Positions 29,043-38,208 of a stretch of DNA of 64,000 nucleotides are shown here, in pieces. The notes beneath the pieces were generated by a model. It made no database searches, was not told the origin of the DNA, and saw only the letters and a program-made list of their open reading frames with translations. A program made the position numbers and the translations under genes. Source of the stretch: Candidatus Caldarchaeum sp. (lineage in GTDB: Archaea > Thermoproteota > Nitrososphaeria_A > Caldarchaeales > Caldarchaeaceae); NCBI GenBank assembly GCA_038831915.1, contig JAWBKB010000003.1, positions 32,001-96,000 on the forward strand. The letters are read 5' to 3'. The first letter of the stretch is position 1. Every line of letters begins with the position of its first letter.

Positions 29043-30008
29043 ATGCTGTGGAAATTTGATTTTGTGTATGAGGTTCCTGCTTCGCCGGGTGAAGTTTACG
29101 CTTTTTTCCGCAACGTGGAGAACATGAGTAAGGTCTGGCCCGCGGAAATGAAGATGCGACTGGTAGCTGTTGAAGGAGATGTTTACACGGTTCGGTTCCA
29201 GTTTCTCGGCCAAACCTACACCACGAAATTCCGAATCGAAGACAAGCCCGGCATGAAACAGTTCCACGAAACACTTAACTTTCCCTTCGGCAAGCTCCAG
29301 CATTCAATCGAAATCGAGCCCACAGGCCTTGGCAGCAAAGTCACGGAAAAAATGGAGCTGAGGTCGAACAACCCATTAGCTGGCTATTTCTTCAAAAAAA
29401 TTCTCGACTACCGCCATGAAGCAATCAAGCATAGTTTCGGCGTCGTGGCGAAGCCTGTTTACCGCGACCCGTTCGAGCTCAGCACCGCTGCAGGCAACCT
29501 GATATCCATCGTCGGCGTCGCCGCCGCCTACCTACTCCTCATACTCCAGCCTTTCCAGTTCACGGGCGGACGATTCATCACAGGCATAATCTCATTCGCC
29601 CTGCTCTGGTTCTTCACCCATGACCTCGCTCACTACGTCGTCGGAAGAATCGCCGGCATACGCTTCAGCAACTACTACATCGGGCTCAGCAACATCGTCC
29701 GCCTCAACATCATACCGCAGCCGCTCAAAACACTACCGGTAGCCCTCGGCATAAAAATCGACCGAGAAAACAGCAAAGCAACACCACGCGGATACGCCGC
29801 GATGTACGCCGCCGGCCCCGTCGCATCCATGGCTTTTCCCCTCACCGTGCCAATAATCTTCCTCGCAAACAACGTCAACAGCATCGCAGGACTACTCCTC
29901 CTCATTTTCGCAATCGCAAACATCATCTTCACGTCGATTTTCAGTCCCAAAGCAGGATGCTTCGCAAAAGCACGAAAAGCACTCAAGAAAACAACCACGC
30001 AAATTTGA
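29043..30008 (+). CDS. SRPBCC/START-like domain fused to an M50-peptidase-like membrane domain
   Basis: N-terminal 'VPASPGEVYAFFRNVENM.KVWP'; C-terminal TM helices with THDLAH and MYAAGP. Confidence 0.6.
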   Translation: MLWKFDFVYEVPASPGEVYAFFRNVENMSKVWPAEMKMRLVAVEGDVYTVRFQFLGQTYTTKFRIEDKPGMKQFHETLNFPFGKLQHSIEIEPTGLGSKVTEKMELRSNNPLAGYFFKKILDYRHEAIKHSFGVVAKPVYRDPFELSTAAGNLISIVGVAAAYLLLILQPFQFTGGRFITGIISFALLWFFTHDLAHYVVGRIAGIRFSNYYIGLSNIVRLNIIPQPLKTLPVALGIKIDRENSKATPRGYAAMYAAGPVASMAFPLTVPIIFLANNVNSIAGLLLLIFAIANIIFTSIFSPKAGCFAKARKALKKTTTQI

Positions 30009-30017
30009 CACTGTTAT

Positions 30018-30608
30018 TTAGAAGGCAGTTTCGAGCAGAACTGTTTGACCGCTTCGGCAAATGCTCTTTCCTCGTTCCCGTTGAAATGTTTGTCGGCAAT
30101 CTCTGATAATCTCTTTAGGGTTTTTCTCTGAGTCTTGCAGCATGTATTTTTCTCGGAAAGTCTCTGTAACTTGATGTTCAAGGTTTTGAGGAACCGTGTA
30201 AACGAAAACCTTTACCGCACGGCCAGATTTATCATCTCTAACCTCTAGCGTATTTTCATCTAACTGCGATATGCTGGGTTCGATGTTGTGCTTCTTACAT
30301 CCTGTGTTGAAGAAGTTCTCCAGCCGCTCTTTCCGCAACTTTAACGGCTCATTATCCGAATCGGTTATCAACACAATCGGCTTGGTTATGCCCGCGCCCA
30401 GCAACTGAAGGAGAAGCCTTGTCGTCTTATCGAACAGCCGTGGGACGCCTCCGAAATCAGATATCACAACATCGGAAGAAAAAACGTCGCAGCTCCTCAT
30501 GAACTATTTCTGAGCTCACGCGTTTAATGTTGACATTATTGTTCTTGAGATATTCTTGAAAAACCATACATCGCGCTTCCCTTCACATACGATTAACACA
30601 TAAGGCAA
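30018..30608 (-). pseudogene. TOPRIM-like (DUF3226-type) partner of the ATPase, frameshifted
   Basis: TTG at 30608 gives MPYVLIVCEGKRDVWFF; later DFGG...LITDSD...NLE. Confidence 0.6.
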
Positions 30609-31706
30609 TCACACGCCCCTCAAATCCATCTGGAGCCCCTCCGCTTCACTAAGAGCCTCATCACCGCTCAGAACTTCGCAATCAATCTCGCCACGCATCA
30701 GATACATCCTGACAACCTGCGTAATGTCTGCGGCTTTCTCAAGCAGCGATTCCAGAAACTTTTGAGCTGTGCATCGAAATGAAGGTTTGTATGTTGTATT
30801 TTTTGATGTATTCGGCCATGTGTGTTGTAGTAAGCTCGATGAAGCCGGGATGCAGGTTTGATTCAGGCTCTTCAAGAACCAGCGTACCTTCCTTCGACAA
30901 GGCAATCGCAAACGCAATACGCAACAAGGCCTGAAAACCATCACCGGTTGACGAAATAGGGATCGGTTTGTCCAAACCGTCGAAGAAAGCAAAAAGCTCT
31001 TCGCCTATGCTGCGTAAGTCTCTCAAATAGCCTATGTTCTCTTTCAGTGAATTCAGCACATCGTGAAATCGGCCCGACTGAATCAATTTGTTGTAAAGGG
31101 ATGTTAGATCGATTTTGTACTCAGTTGTCACAGGAAAGACATTGGAGGGAGAAGGGTTGTCTGAACGTATCAGTATTAATTGGTCGTGTCGTTTTACTAT
31201 TATGACTATCTTCTCAAAATCGACATCGCTTAGACAAATTTTGGGAAGAGACTCTATCTGTTTAATCCGCTCGACCAATTCTATCATTCTTCTTCTTTCG
31301 TCGATGGGTCCGGTAAACTCGTAAGGCACTGCTGTGCGGTTTGCCAACGTGAAACCAGCTGCTTTGCCTCTCATAATACAGGTCTGGAAAGCCTGCTTCA
31401 CAGTAAATGATGAGAAGCTCGTTTGTTGTTCCACCCTTTTGTCGTTAACTTTATCCGTGCTCGGTCATATCCGATTTTAATCCAGTAAATCAGGTTTCAC
31501 TCTTTGCCAAACATGCGTGTTAGCAGGTCAACGTTTAGGGCATCTGTGTAGCCTGTTGGCGCGGTGGCTGCGATGGTTACGGCTTCGAGTACGCTGGATT
31601 TTCCAGTGTTGTCGCGTCCGACAAATATGTTGATGGGTTTTGTGGCTAGGTCCAGTTTGCCTATTCCTCGGAAGTTTTTGACCGTTAGCCTGTTAATCCA
31701 CACCAC
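30609..31706 (-). pseudogene. ABC/OLD-type AAA ATPase (AAA_15/AAA_21), fragmented
   Basis: KNFRGI...FVGRDNTGKSSVLEA; STGDG; LEEPESNLHP; pieces lie in different frames. Confidence 0.8.
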
Positions 31707-31825
31707 CAGCTCAGCATCTGACCATCTCAACGCGATATTAATCTGTTGAAGACGACAACACAGGTTGTGCTGGGTGAATTTTTGAACATTTCTTATTAGC
31801 AAGCTTAACTGAAGCTGCACCGATA

Positions 31826-32308
31826 TTAGGCTGCTTTTTTCCTAACTTTGATAATTGATGGGTGACTCTTTTCCCGCACAACCGCTAGGTTGAGCATGAA
31901 GGCTGAAAAGTAAAACCAGAAAACCATCGGCGCGTCCTCTGTGTTCCACCAGCAGTCGCAGAAGGAGAAAGTGAGCCAGAGGTTTGATGCGATGACGGCG
32001 CCAACTAATGCCGCTATCCGTGGAAAAACACCGATGACGATCATGGCTCCGACCGAAGTTTCAGCAATCGTGACAATTATTGCCATCGCTTCCCAGCTGT
32101 TTGCAGCCTGTCGAAGCAGGTCTCTGTAAATCGGAATGTAATTTCCCGCGGCTGCTGTTTCGAGCAAGGGCCTGACCCATGACCTGTCAAACCATCGCTG
32201 GCTTGCGAAGAAAAGCCAGAACACACCTACCGAAAAACGAAGCATTAGAGACCATAGCTGCGAAAAGTTCATCGAAAAAACCCTTGATTCCGTGAAAGAT
32301 ATAACCAT
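31826..32308 (-). CDS. DoxX/DoxD-like membrane protein (start may be ATG 32272)
   Basis: LR..VG.FW, E..VG...IG.F.R.AAL.G. Confidence 0.65.
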   Translation of the reverse strand: MVISFTESRVFSMNFSQLWSLMLRFSVGVFWLFFASQRWFDRSWVRPLLETAAAGNYIPIYRDLLRQAANSWEAMAIIVTIAETSVGAMIVIGVFPRIAALVGAVIASNLWLTFSFCDCWWNTEDAPMVFWFYFSAFMLNLAVVREKSHPSIIKVRKKAA

Positions 32309-32398
32309 GTGGTTGATACTTGATGTTTATCGGCATCGATTTGAACGGGCTGTTCTACTGTTTAGAAATATATTGTGTAAGGGGTTTTTGTTGGTTGT

Positions 32399-32830
32399 AT
32401 GAAGGTTGGTTTTGTTTTGGTGGTTGTGGTGGCTGTGGCGTTGGTGGCGGGGGTTGCGGTGATGGGGTTGATGGCTCAGCCAAGTAAAATGAATGGACAG
32501 GTTTCTTTAATTCTCGACAAGACGGAGCTCCGTGGTAACGAGCGAACCATAACCTACACCATCGTCAATAATTCAGGTGAAAAGATTAGCTTTGGCGCCA
32601 TGTATGATGTTCACATTAGGAGAGATGGTGAATGGGTGCGTGTTGATTGGATTAGAGACCGTGTGTGGATTTTGGTTCTGTACATGCTTGAGCCGGGTCA
32701 GTCGTTTGATGGTGTCGTCGAGCTTCCCGATGATGTGGAGGTTGGGACTTACAGGGTTTTAAAAGAAATATCGTTTGAGGAGACTGGTCGGAAGATGGTT
32801 CTCGAAGCAAAGTTTCAAGTGCTGGGATGA
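32399..32830 (+). CDS. Secreted Ig-like domain protein
   Basis: Signal peptide; 'YTIVNNSG..I.FG..Y...L.PG...GTYRVLK.I...F.V'. Confidence 0.65.
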   Translation: MKVGFVLVVVVAVALVAGVAVMGLMAQPSKMNGQVSLILDKTELRGNERTITYTIVNNSGEKISFGAMYDVHIRRDGEWVRVDWIRDRVWILVLYMLEPGQSFDGVVELPDDVEVGTYRVLKEISFEETGRKMVLEAKFQVLG

Positions 32831-32880
32831 AAATAGCTGGCTTAGTCCCGTATGACGGGATGGAAAAAAGATAGTGTTGT

Positions 32881-33435
32881 TTATGGTTTTGTGATTGGGG
32901 TGCCGCATTTTACGCAGTAAGTTGCGTTTGACGGGTTGGCTGCGCCGCAGTTAGAGCAGATAGGCGGCGGGCTTGGTGTTTGGGTTTGGATGACGTTGAC
33001 GACGACAGACGACGGCGGCGGAGGCTGTTGCTTGGTTTTTCGATGCCAGAAGGATGCGACCAGCGAAATGATTGAAGCACCTCACATCGCGTAATAGCCT
33101 GTGCTCCAAACGGGTGGTGGAACGCCGACAGGTATGAGAAAATAGACGGCCGCGGTTATCAACGTCAAGCCAACCACGCCTAAAACACCTGTTCCAAGCG
33201 GGAAAATGCCGACGAAGCCCGAGATTACTAACAGAATGAAGGAAACAGCTATGATGCATGCGAAAGTTATGGTAGCTGGGTCTCCTAACGGCAGAATCAA
33301 GCCGATGTTTTGGACGATAGGCAGCCCGATTTCCATGAAAGTGTTCGGCGGGTCTGCTTCAAACGGAAGAAAAACAATTGACAGCAGAATCACAAAACCC
33401 ATAATCAATCCTAATATTCGGCCGGGATGTACCAC
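32881..33435 (-). pseudogene. Membrane protein with C-terminal Zn ribbon, interrupted by an in-frame TGA (33082-33084)
   Basis: Reading through gives GYYAM*GASIISLVASFWHRK...PPPICSNCGAANPSNATYCVKCGTPITKP*. Confidence 0.75.
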
Positions 33436-33624
33436 TTATTTTCACGTAGAGTTTAGGGGCTCCATGTAAAAAACTTTCGTAAACCCAGGCGGCCACAACG
33501 CCATAGCTGTTACTAGATTGTTTGGCTGATTGTGTGACACCGGTTGTCGGCGGAATTAGCGTTTGATTATGGTTTCTCGTAATGCCGAGCGGTTTTTCGA
33601 GTTGTTGATGATATGCGGATGTTT

Positions 33625-33777
33625 TCAGCGGTTCATGCCGAATAGGGATGTCGCGGCGATTGCCAGCCCGATGACGAGGAGGACGAGGCCTATGAGTTCT
33701 ATCAGTAGTCTCCAGCTTAAGGCGAGTCCAGCAGCGGCGAGGGCTATGCCGAGAAAAAAGAAGAGGATGCGTTTCAT
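33625..33777 (-). CDS. 50-aa two-TM membrane protein downstream of dsrE
   Basis: MKRILFFFLGIALAAAGLALSWRLLIELIGLVLLVIGLAIAATSLFGMNR; starts 3 nt after the dsrE stop. Confidence 0.65.
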   Translation of the reverse strand: MKRILFFFLGIALAAAGLALSWRLLIELIGLVLLVIGLAIAATSLFGMNR

Positions 33778-33780
33778 AGT

Positions 33781-34203
33781 TTAGATGAAGAGGGCGAGTG
33801 TTTTGGGGTCTGAGGCGATTTCGAGGAAGGTGGATGCGCCGATTATGTCGTCGACGACGTCGACGAGGTCTTCTTTGCGGAGTCCGAAGAGGTTCATGGT
33901 TGGTGAGCAGGCGTAGATTTTGACGCCGAGTTCTTTCGCGTTTTTCAGCATGTCATGCAGGGTGGGCATTCCTCCTTTCGCTAGGAGTTGTTCGAGCTGT
34001 TCTTTGGTTAGGCCGAGGTCGACGGATGGTTTGATGGTTTCGGCGAGTTGTTTGGTGAGAAGCTTCATTCCTCCGAACGTGAAGTAAAGAGCTGCTTCTT
34101 TTCCCTGGGCGACCGCTGTTGTCGCGAGTATCAAGGCAGGGTATAGTGCGTCGGCTGTTCCACGGCTTGCCACAATTACGAGACGGTTTTTCTCCTCAGC
34201 CAT
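33781..34203 (-). CDS. DsrE/DsrF-family (DrsE_2) sulfur-relay protein
   Basis: ALILATTA, YFTFGG, IYACSPTM, GASTFL. Confidence 0.88.
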   Translation of the reverse strand: MAEEKNRLVIVASRGTADALYPALILATTAVAQGKEAALYFTFGGMKLLTKQLAETIKPSVDLGLTKEQLEQLLAKGGMPTLHDMLKNAKELGVKIYACSPTMNLFGLRKEDLVDVVDDIIGASTFLEIASDPKTLALFI

Positions 34204-34204
34204 T

Positions 34205-34453
34205 CTACTTCACCTTTTCAATTAGGAACCTGAATATAACTGGGTTTGTTCCGATTGTTTCGAAGTGGATGATTTTGTTCCCTGTTTTGCGGGTCCATGA
34301 TTCGAGGTCTGGCTTGGACGCCGGGTCAGTTGCGATCACCTCGACTACTTCGCCGACGTTGACGCGTTGGATTGCTTCGCGTGTTTTGAGGACGGGCATG
34401 GGACACATCTGGCCTCTGACGTCGACCGATAAAACTGGCTTGACGCTGGACAT
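34205..34453 (-). CDS. tusA: TusA/SirA sulfur carrier
   Basis: DVRGQMCPMPV, ATDP.S..D...W. Confidence 0.92.
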   Translation of the reverse strand: MSSVKPVLSVDVRGQMCPMPVLKTREAIQRVNVGEVVEVIATDPASKPDLESWTRKTGNKIIHFETIGTNPVIFRFLIEKVK

Positions 34454-34519
34454 GTGTGAAAACCGTTGTTTCACCCGATATATGTTTTCATGCCTCGGAT
34501 GCACAGGTGGTTGTAGTCC

Positions 34520-34687
34520 ATAGGATGCGGTTTGTTGATGTTGGTTTGGGGCGGTTGTTTTTGGTTGTTTATATGTTTTTCGAAAGGTGGTGGTATATCC
34601 TTAAATAGAACCACAAAACATTCTATGCCTGAAAACAAGTAACGCCAAAACGGCATAAAACCCCAAAAAACCCAAGAAAAACACACA
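34520..34687 (+). promoter_or_regulatory. Probable CRISPR leader (5' boundary approximate)
   Basis: A-rich non-coding stretch directly before the first repeat, opposite the degenerate end. Confidence 0.65.
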
Positions 34688-36328
34688 GTAATCCCGCAAG
34701 AGGGAATTGAAAGGAGTTGACCATGAAGACTTCAGCTCGGGTTCTTGTGTTTCGTAATCCCGCAAGAGGGAATTGAAAGACTCTACATCTACATACACAA
34801 CACAGCTATACTTTAACTGCAGTTCCGTAATCCCGCAAGAGGGAATTGAAAGTAATGGCGATCCGACCTCAATCCTATCACTCTGAGAGAAGAGTAATCC
34901 CGCAAGAGGGAATTGAAAGCTGTCAAACTTCTAACAGTTGCAGAAGGAGACAGATATGCTGTAATCCCGCAAGAGGGAATTGAAAGTGACACCATCTTTC
35001 CACGTAACCTCAAAAACCCGAACATCGTAATCCCGCAAGAGGGAATTGAAAGCTTACGCCAAACATCTTTTTCGCCAGATTCAAGCCTCGTAATCCCGCA
35101 AGAGGGAATTGAAAGGTAATGAAGCTAATGTATTGCACCACGTGTGCTCTGTAGGTAATCCCGCAAGAGGGAATTGAAAGAATCCTTATGCCCCCGGAAT
35201 GAGACGAAAAATCGGCGTAAGGTAATCCCGCAATAGGGAATTGAAAGGATATATGGTCGACTGGAAACTGAGGGATGGTTTTATCGTGATGTAATCCCGC
35301 AAGAGGGAATTGAAAGAGAAGCATCGCAATCATTCGAGAATGTCTTTCCACAAACTTGTAATCCCGCAAGAGGGAATTGAAAGCTATACCAAAACTTCTG
35401 CGTTGGTTCCCATTTTGCTCCCGTAATCCCGCAAGAGGGAATTGAAAGTCGACGACTGCAGGAAAGATATGAACTTTGAGAGGTTCACGCTTGTAATCCC
35501 GCAAGAGGGAATTGAAAGCAATCGCCATACAATTTTCGCAAAAGTTCTTCCGTAGACATCAAGTAATCCCGCAAGAGGGAATTGAAAGAGAATATCCCGT
35601 GTTCGTTGAGCTCATGAAGAACTCTGCTTGTAATCCCGCAAGAGGGAATTGAAAGAAGTATTGGAGAGTCTGTGCAGTTAGGAGAGGCTGTTCAAAGTAA
35701 TCCCGCAAGAGGGAATTGAAAGTTCCTTGGTACTCGGGTTCAACCGAAAGCTGCTGAGCAAGTAATCCCGCAAGAGGGAATTGAAAGATCTTCTGTCAAA
35801 TTCCACAGCCACCCATTTCGAAACGCCCGTAATCCCGCAAGAGGGAATTGAAAGTCTACACGCGCTACATTATCCAAACTATATGCTCCGACACCTGTAA
35901 TCCCGCAAGAGGGAATTGAAAGTGCCGCCACTCCCACCGGTCATTCTTAAAATCCTCGTCCTCAAGTAATCCCGCAAGAGGGAATTGAAAGATCCAGTCC
36001 CTCCACTCGTCCAAAGTGGGAGGATTGACAAAGTAATCTCGCAAGAGGGAATTGAAAGTACTAAAGATTGTCTTCTCTTTTCCACTCCCAGGCTTTTGCA
36101 GTAATCCCGCAAGAGGGAATTGAAAGACGTTTAAAACAGCTCATCGACGACGTTTTCGACGGGTATGTAATCCCGCAAGAGGGAATTCAAAGCCAAGTCC
36201 GCTTGTCTCTGCCTGTCCCGCCAGCCCCGTATCGTAATCCCGCAAGAGGGAATTGAAAGATTAAACCATACAGCGTCGTGCCTGCCTTTGATATCTTGAG
36301 AAGTGATCCCGTGAGAGGGAATTTAGAG
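34688..36328 (+). CRISPR. CRISPR array: 26-nt repeat GTAATCCCGCAAGAGGGAATTGAAAG, 24 copies plus a degenerate terminal copy, 24 spacers of about 37-47 nt
   Basis: Counted directly; single-base variants at 35222, 36033 and 36167; degenerate GTGATCCCGTGAGAGGGAATTTAGAG at 36303-36328; ATTGAAAG 3' handle. Confidence 0.98.
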
Positions 36329-36348
36329 GATAGCCGGGGTGCTGTGTT

Positions 36349-36476
36349 TGCGGGGGGTGGGATTCGAACCCACGAACCCCTTCGGGAACGGGTTTCCACT
36401 CCATGTTCGAGACCTTAAGCCCGTCGCGTTCACGGCCCCGTGATGGGCCTCTTTGACCAGGCTTGGCTACCCCCGC
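36349..36476 (-). tRNA. trnL: tRNA-Leu(TAA) with two introns: D-arm (36428-36450) and anticodon loop 37/38 (36394-36413)
   Basis: Removing 23-nt and 20-nt inserts gives an 85-nt cloverleaf GCGGGGG...ACGGG-CTTAAGA-CCCGT...GTTCGAAT...CCCCCGCA with a long variable arm. Confidence 0.9.
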
Positions 36477-36577
36477 GCCCCAAACCATTTCCTCGATGAT
36501 GCTTCCTTTATAGGTTTGAAGTGTTTCTTGCTGTGTGATAGGTAAAGGATTTAATCAGGTGTTTGATGTTGTTGTCG

Positions 36578-36838
36578 ATGCGGTGTTATTTTCATCGGGA
36601 TGTTGAAGCTGTTGGTGTCTGTTCCTATTGTCACCGCGGTGTTTGTCAGAAATGTGTTGTGGTTGATGGGTTGAAGGTTTTCTGCAGGGAACACAACATG
36701 AAAATGTATTCGCTTGAATTTACCAAGCTCTACGTGGAAGCTATTGATTTGGCACGTGAAGCCGCGGCGAAAGGCTACCGCACCCAGGAACTAATAGCAA
36801 AGCTCGAGAAGGAAATTCGCGAGGCGATGTCCAAGTGA
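36578..36838 (+). CDS. B-box-type zinc-finger protein
   Basis: MRCYFH...AVGVCSYCHRGVCQKC...FCREH, followed by a helical tail. Confidence 0.75.
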   Translation: MRCYFHRDVEAVGVCSYCHRGVCQKCVVVDGLKVFCREHNMKMYSLEFTKLYVEAIDLAREAAAKGYRTQELIAKLEKEIREAMSK

Positions 36839-37665
36839 ATCAGTCGAAGACCATGTTTTTCCCGCCGAAGAAAATTCTCGACGCGTTGATGATTGTTCTC
36901 GGAACATTCATCCTGGCCAATTTTTTGCTTTTCGTCTTTACCGGGCCTAACGACGTCGGCGTCGATTCTCAATGGCTTTACAACGTTTACCTAGGCGGTT
37001 CGGGCGGCGTCGCCACATACTGGTATGAGGAGAAAATCTGGGTTGAATCGATTACATACTGTGAAAAGATTTTCTGCAGCGTTGTGATGAAAACAAATCC
37101 AACTCATTTTCACACAAGCTACGTGACAGGCGACAACCATCTCGTAAAATCAACCATCATCGACAAAGAATACGGAACGACATACGAAATCAGCTACAGT
37201 CCTCCGCTGCTCCTACGGCCCGAATCGCTGTCCGTCGGCGACACGTGGAGGGGAAATACCGTCGTCAAAGTAAGAACCACGGCGGGTGAACTGGTGCGAG
37301 AAGAATCACACACAATATCCGGTGTGGAGTCTAAGGTCGTGGATAGGCTGGTTTTAAGCGGCAGCCGCGGAACCGTTGAAGCTTTTCTCATCGAAGAATG
37401 GACACGCGGAGTTCTGACCCGTCGCAGCGTTTACAGCCCAGCCCTTCATCAAGAAATCCGCTATGAAATTCCTGTTTCGATGGCTTGGGGGGAGCTCGTC
37501 GACGTAAGTCTCCGCCAGCCCAGCGTGTTTGATTTTTTTAGGATAAGGATGTTTCTCGGTCTTGAGCTGGCTCACGTCTTTGTCGCTTTTCTCGTGCTGG
37601 CGTTTTTAAGGCTTGCAAAGTCTATGGGGTTGATTGTTTCCGAGGAACGGAAAAATACCCCTTAA
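36835..37665 (+). CDS. Hypothetical membrane protein (TM at both ends, beta-rich loop)
   Basis: 276-aa ORF overlapping the B-box gene stop. Confidence 0.65.
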   Translation: MNQSKTMFFPPKKILDALMIVLGTFILANFLLFVFTGPNDVGVDSQWLYNVYLGGSGGVATYWYEEKIWVESITYCEKIFCSVVMKTNPTHFHTSYVTGDNHLVKSTIIDKEYGTTYEISYSPPLLLRPESLSVGDTWRGNTVVKVRTTAGELVREESHTISGVESKVVDRLVLSGSRGTVEAFLIEEWTRGVLTRRSVYSPALHQEIRYEIPVSMAWGELVDVSLRQPSVFDFFRIRMFLGLELAHVFVAFLVLAFLRLAKSMGLIVSEERKNTP

Positions 37666-37681
37666 GATCATTTTTCGCAGC

Positions 37682-38035
37682 ATGTCCATCGTCTTGTATT
37701 CGACGATGTGGACGGGTGATTTAGCTCTTGGCGAAGCCGTCGTAGAGCTCCTCCAGCAAGAGCTGAGCAAAAGAGGTGTGAGCTTCAGGGTTGTTGAAAA
37801 GAAATGGAGCGAGTTGGAGTTTGCACGGCTTTTAGGAGAATCGGCTGAAACCGGTGTGTTGGTCGAGGTCGAAGTCGATGAAAAATTCCGAGACATCGGG
37901 GAAGAATGTTTAACCGCTGTTTATTCCGATGTAAAAAGGTTGAAGGAAACCGCGGTAAAAATAGCGATGACAAAATACATCAAGGACAAAGCGGAGCTCG
38001 AAGAATACAGGAAAGGCCTCGACGAAACATATTGA
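37682..38035 (+). CDS. Hypothetical protein
   Basis: ATG at 37682; first of three coupled ORFs. Confidence 0.6.
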   Translation: MSIVLYSTMWTGDLALGEAVVELLQQELSKRGVSFRVVEKKWSELEFARLLGESAETGVLVEVEVDEKFRDIGEECLTAVYSDVKRLKETAVKIAMTKYIKDKAELEEYRKGLDETY

Positions 38036-38046
38036 GGTGAAAAAAG

Positions 38047-38208
38047 TTGACCGAGGATAAAATTTTCATGATTTGCCCCAGTTGCGGAAGAAAAACGGTT
38101 CGAAAGAAGAGATGCATGCACTGCTGGGCCCGTCTCCCCGTCGAAGAACAGGGGAAGCTCGGCGGTGAAGGCATTCCCTACTGGCAGCGGGGGCTGGGGG
38201 AAGATTGA
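38047..38208 (+). CDS. Small Zn-ribbon protein (53 aa, not in the ORF track)
   Basis: MTEDKIFMICPSCGRKTVRKKRCMHCWARLP...; GAGGTGA Shine-Dalgarno; stop overlaps the next start. Confidence 0.65.
   Translation: MTEDKIFMICPSCGRKTVRKKRCMHCWARLPVEEQGKLGGEGIPYWQRGLGED

Noticed and set aside
36394-36427. tRNA-Ser(GGA) assignment
   Set aside because: The acceptor stem, A73 discriminator, D-loop and variable arm match archaeal tRNA-Leu, and the canonical 37/38 excision gives TAA.
34601-36488. ORFs overlapping the CRISPR array and tRNA
   Set aside because: They are translations of repeats (FQFPLAGL, VIPQEGIE) and of the tRNA.
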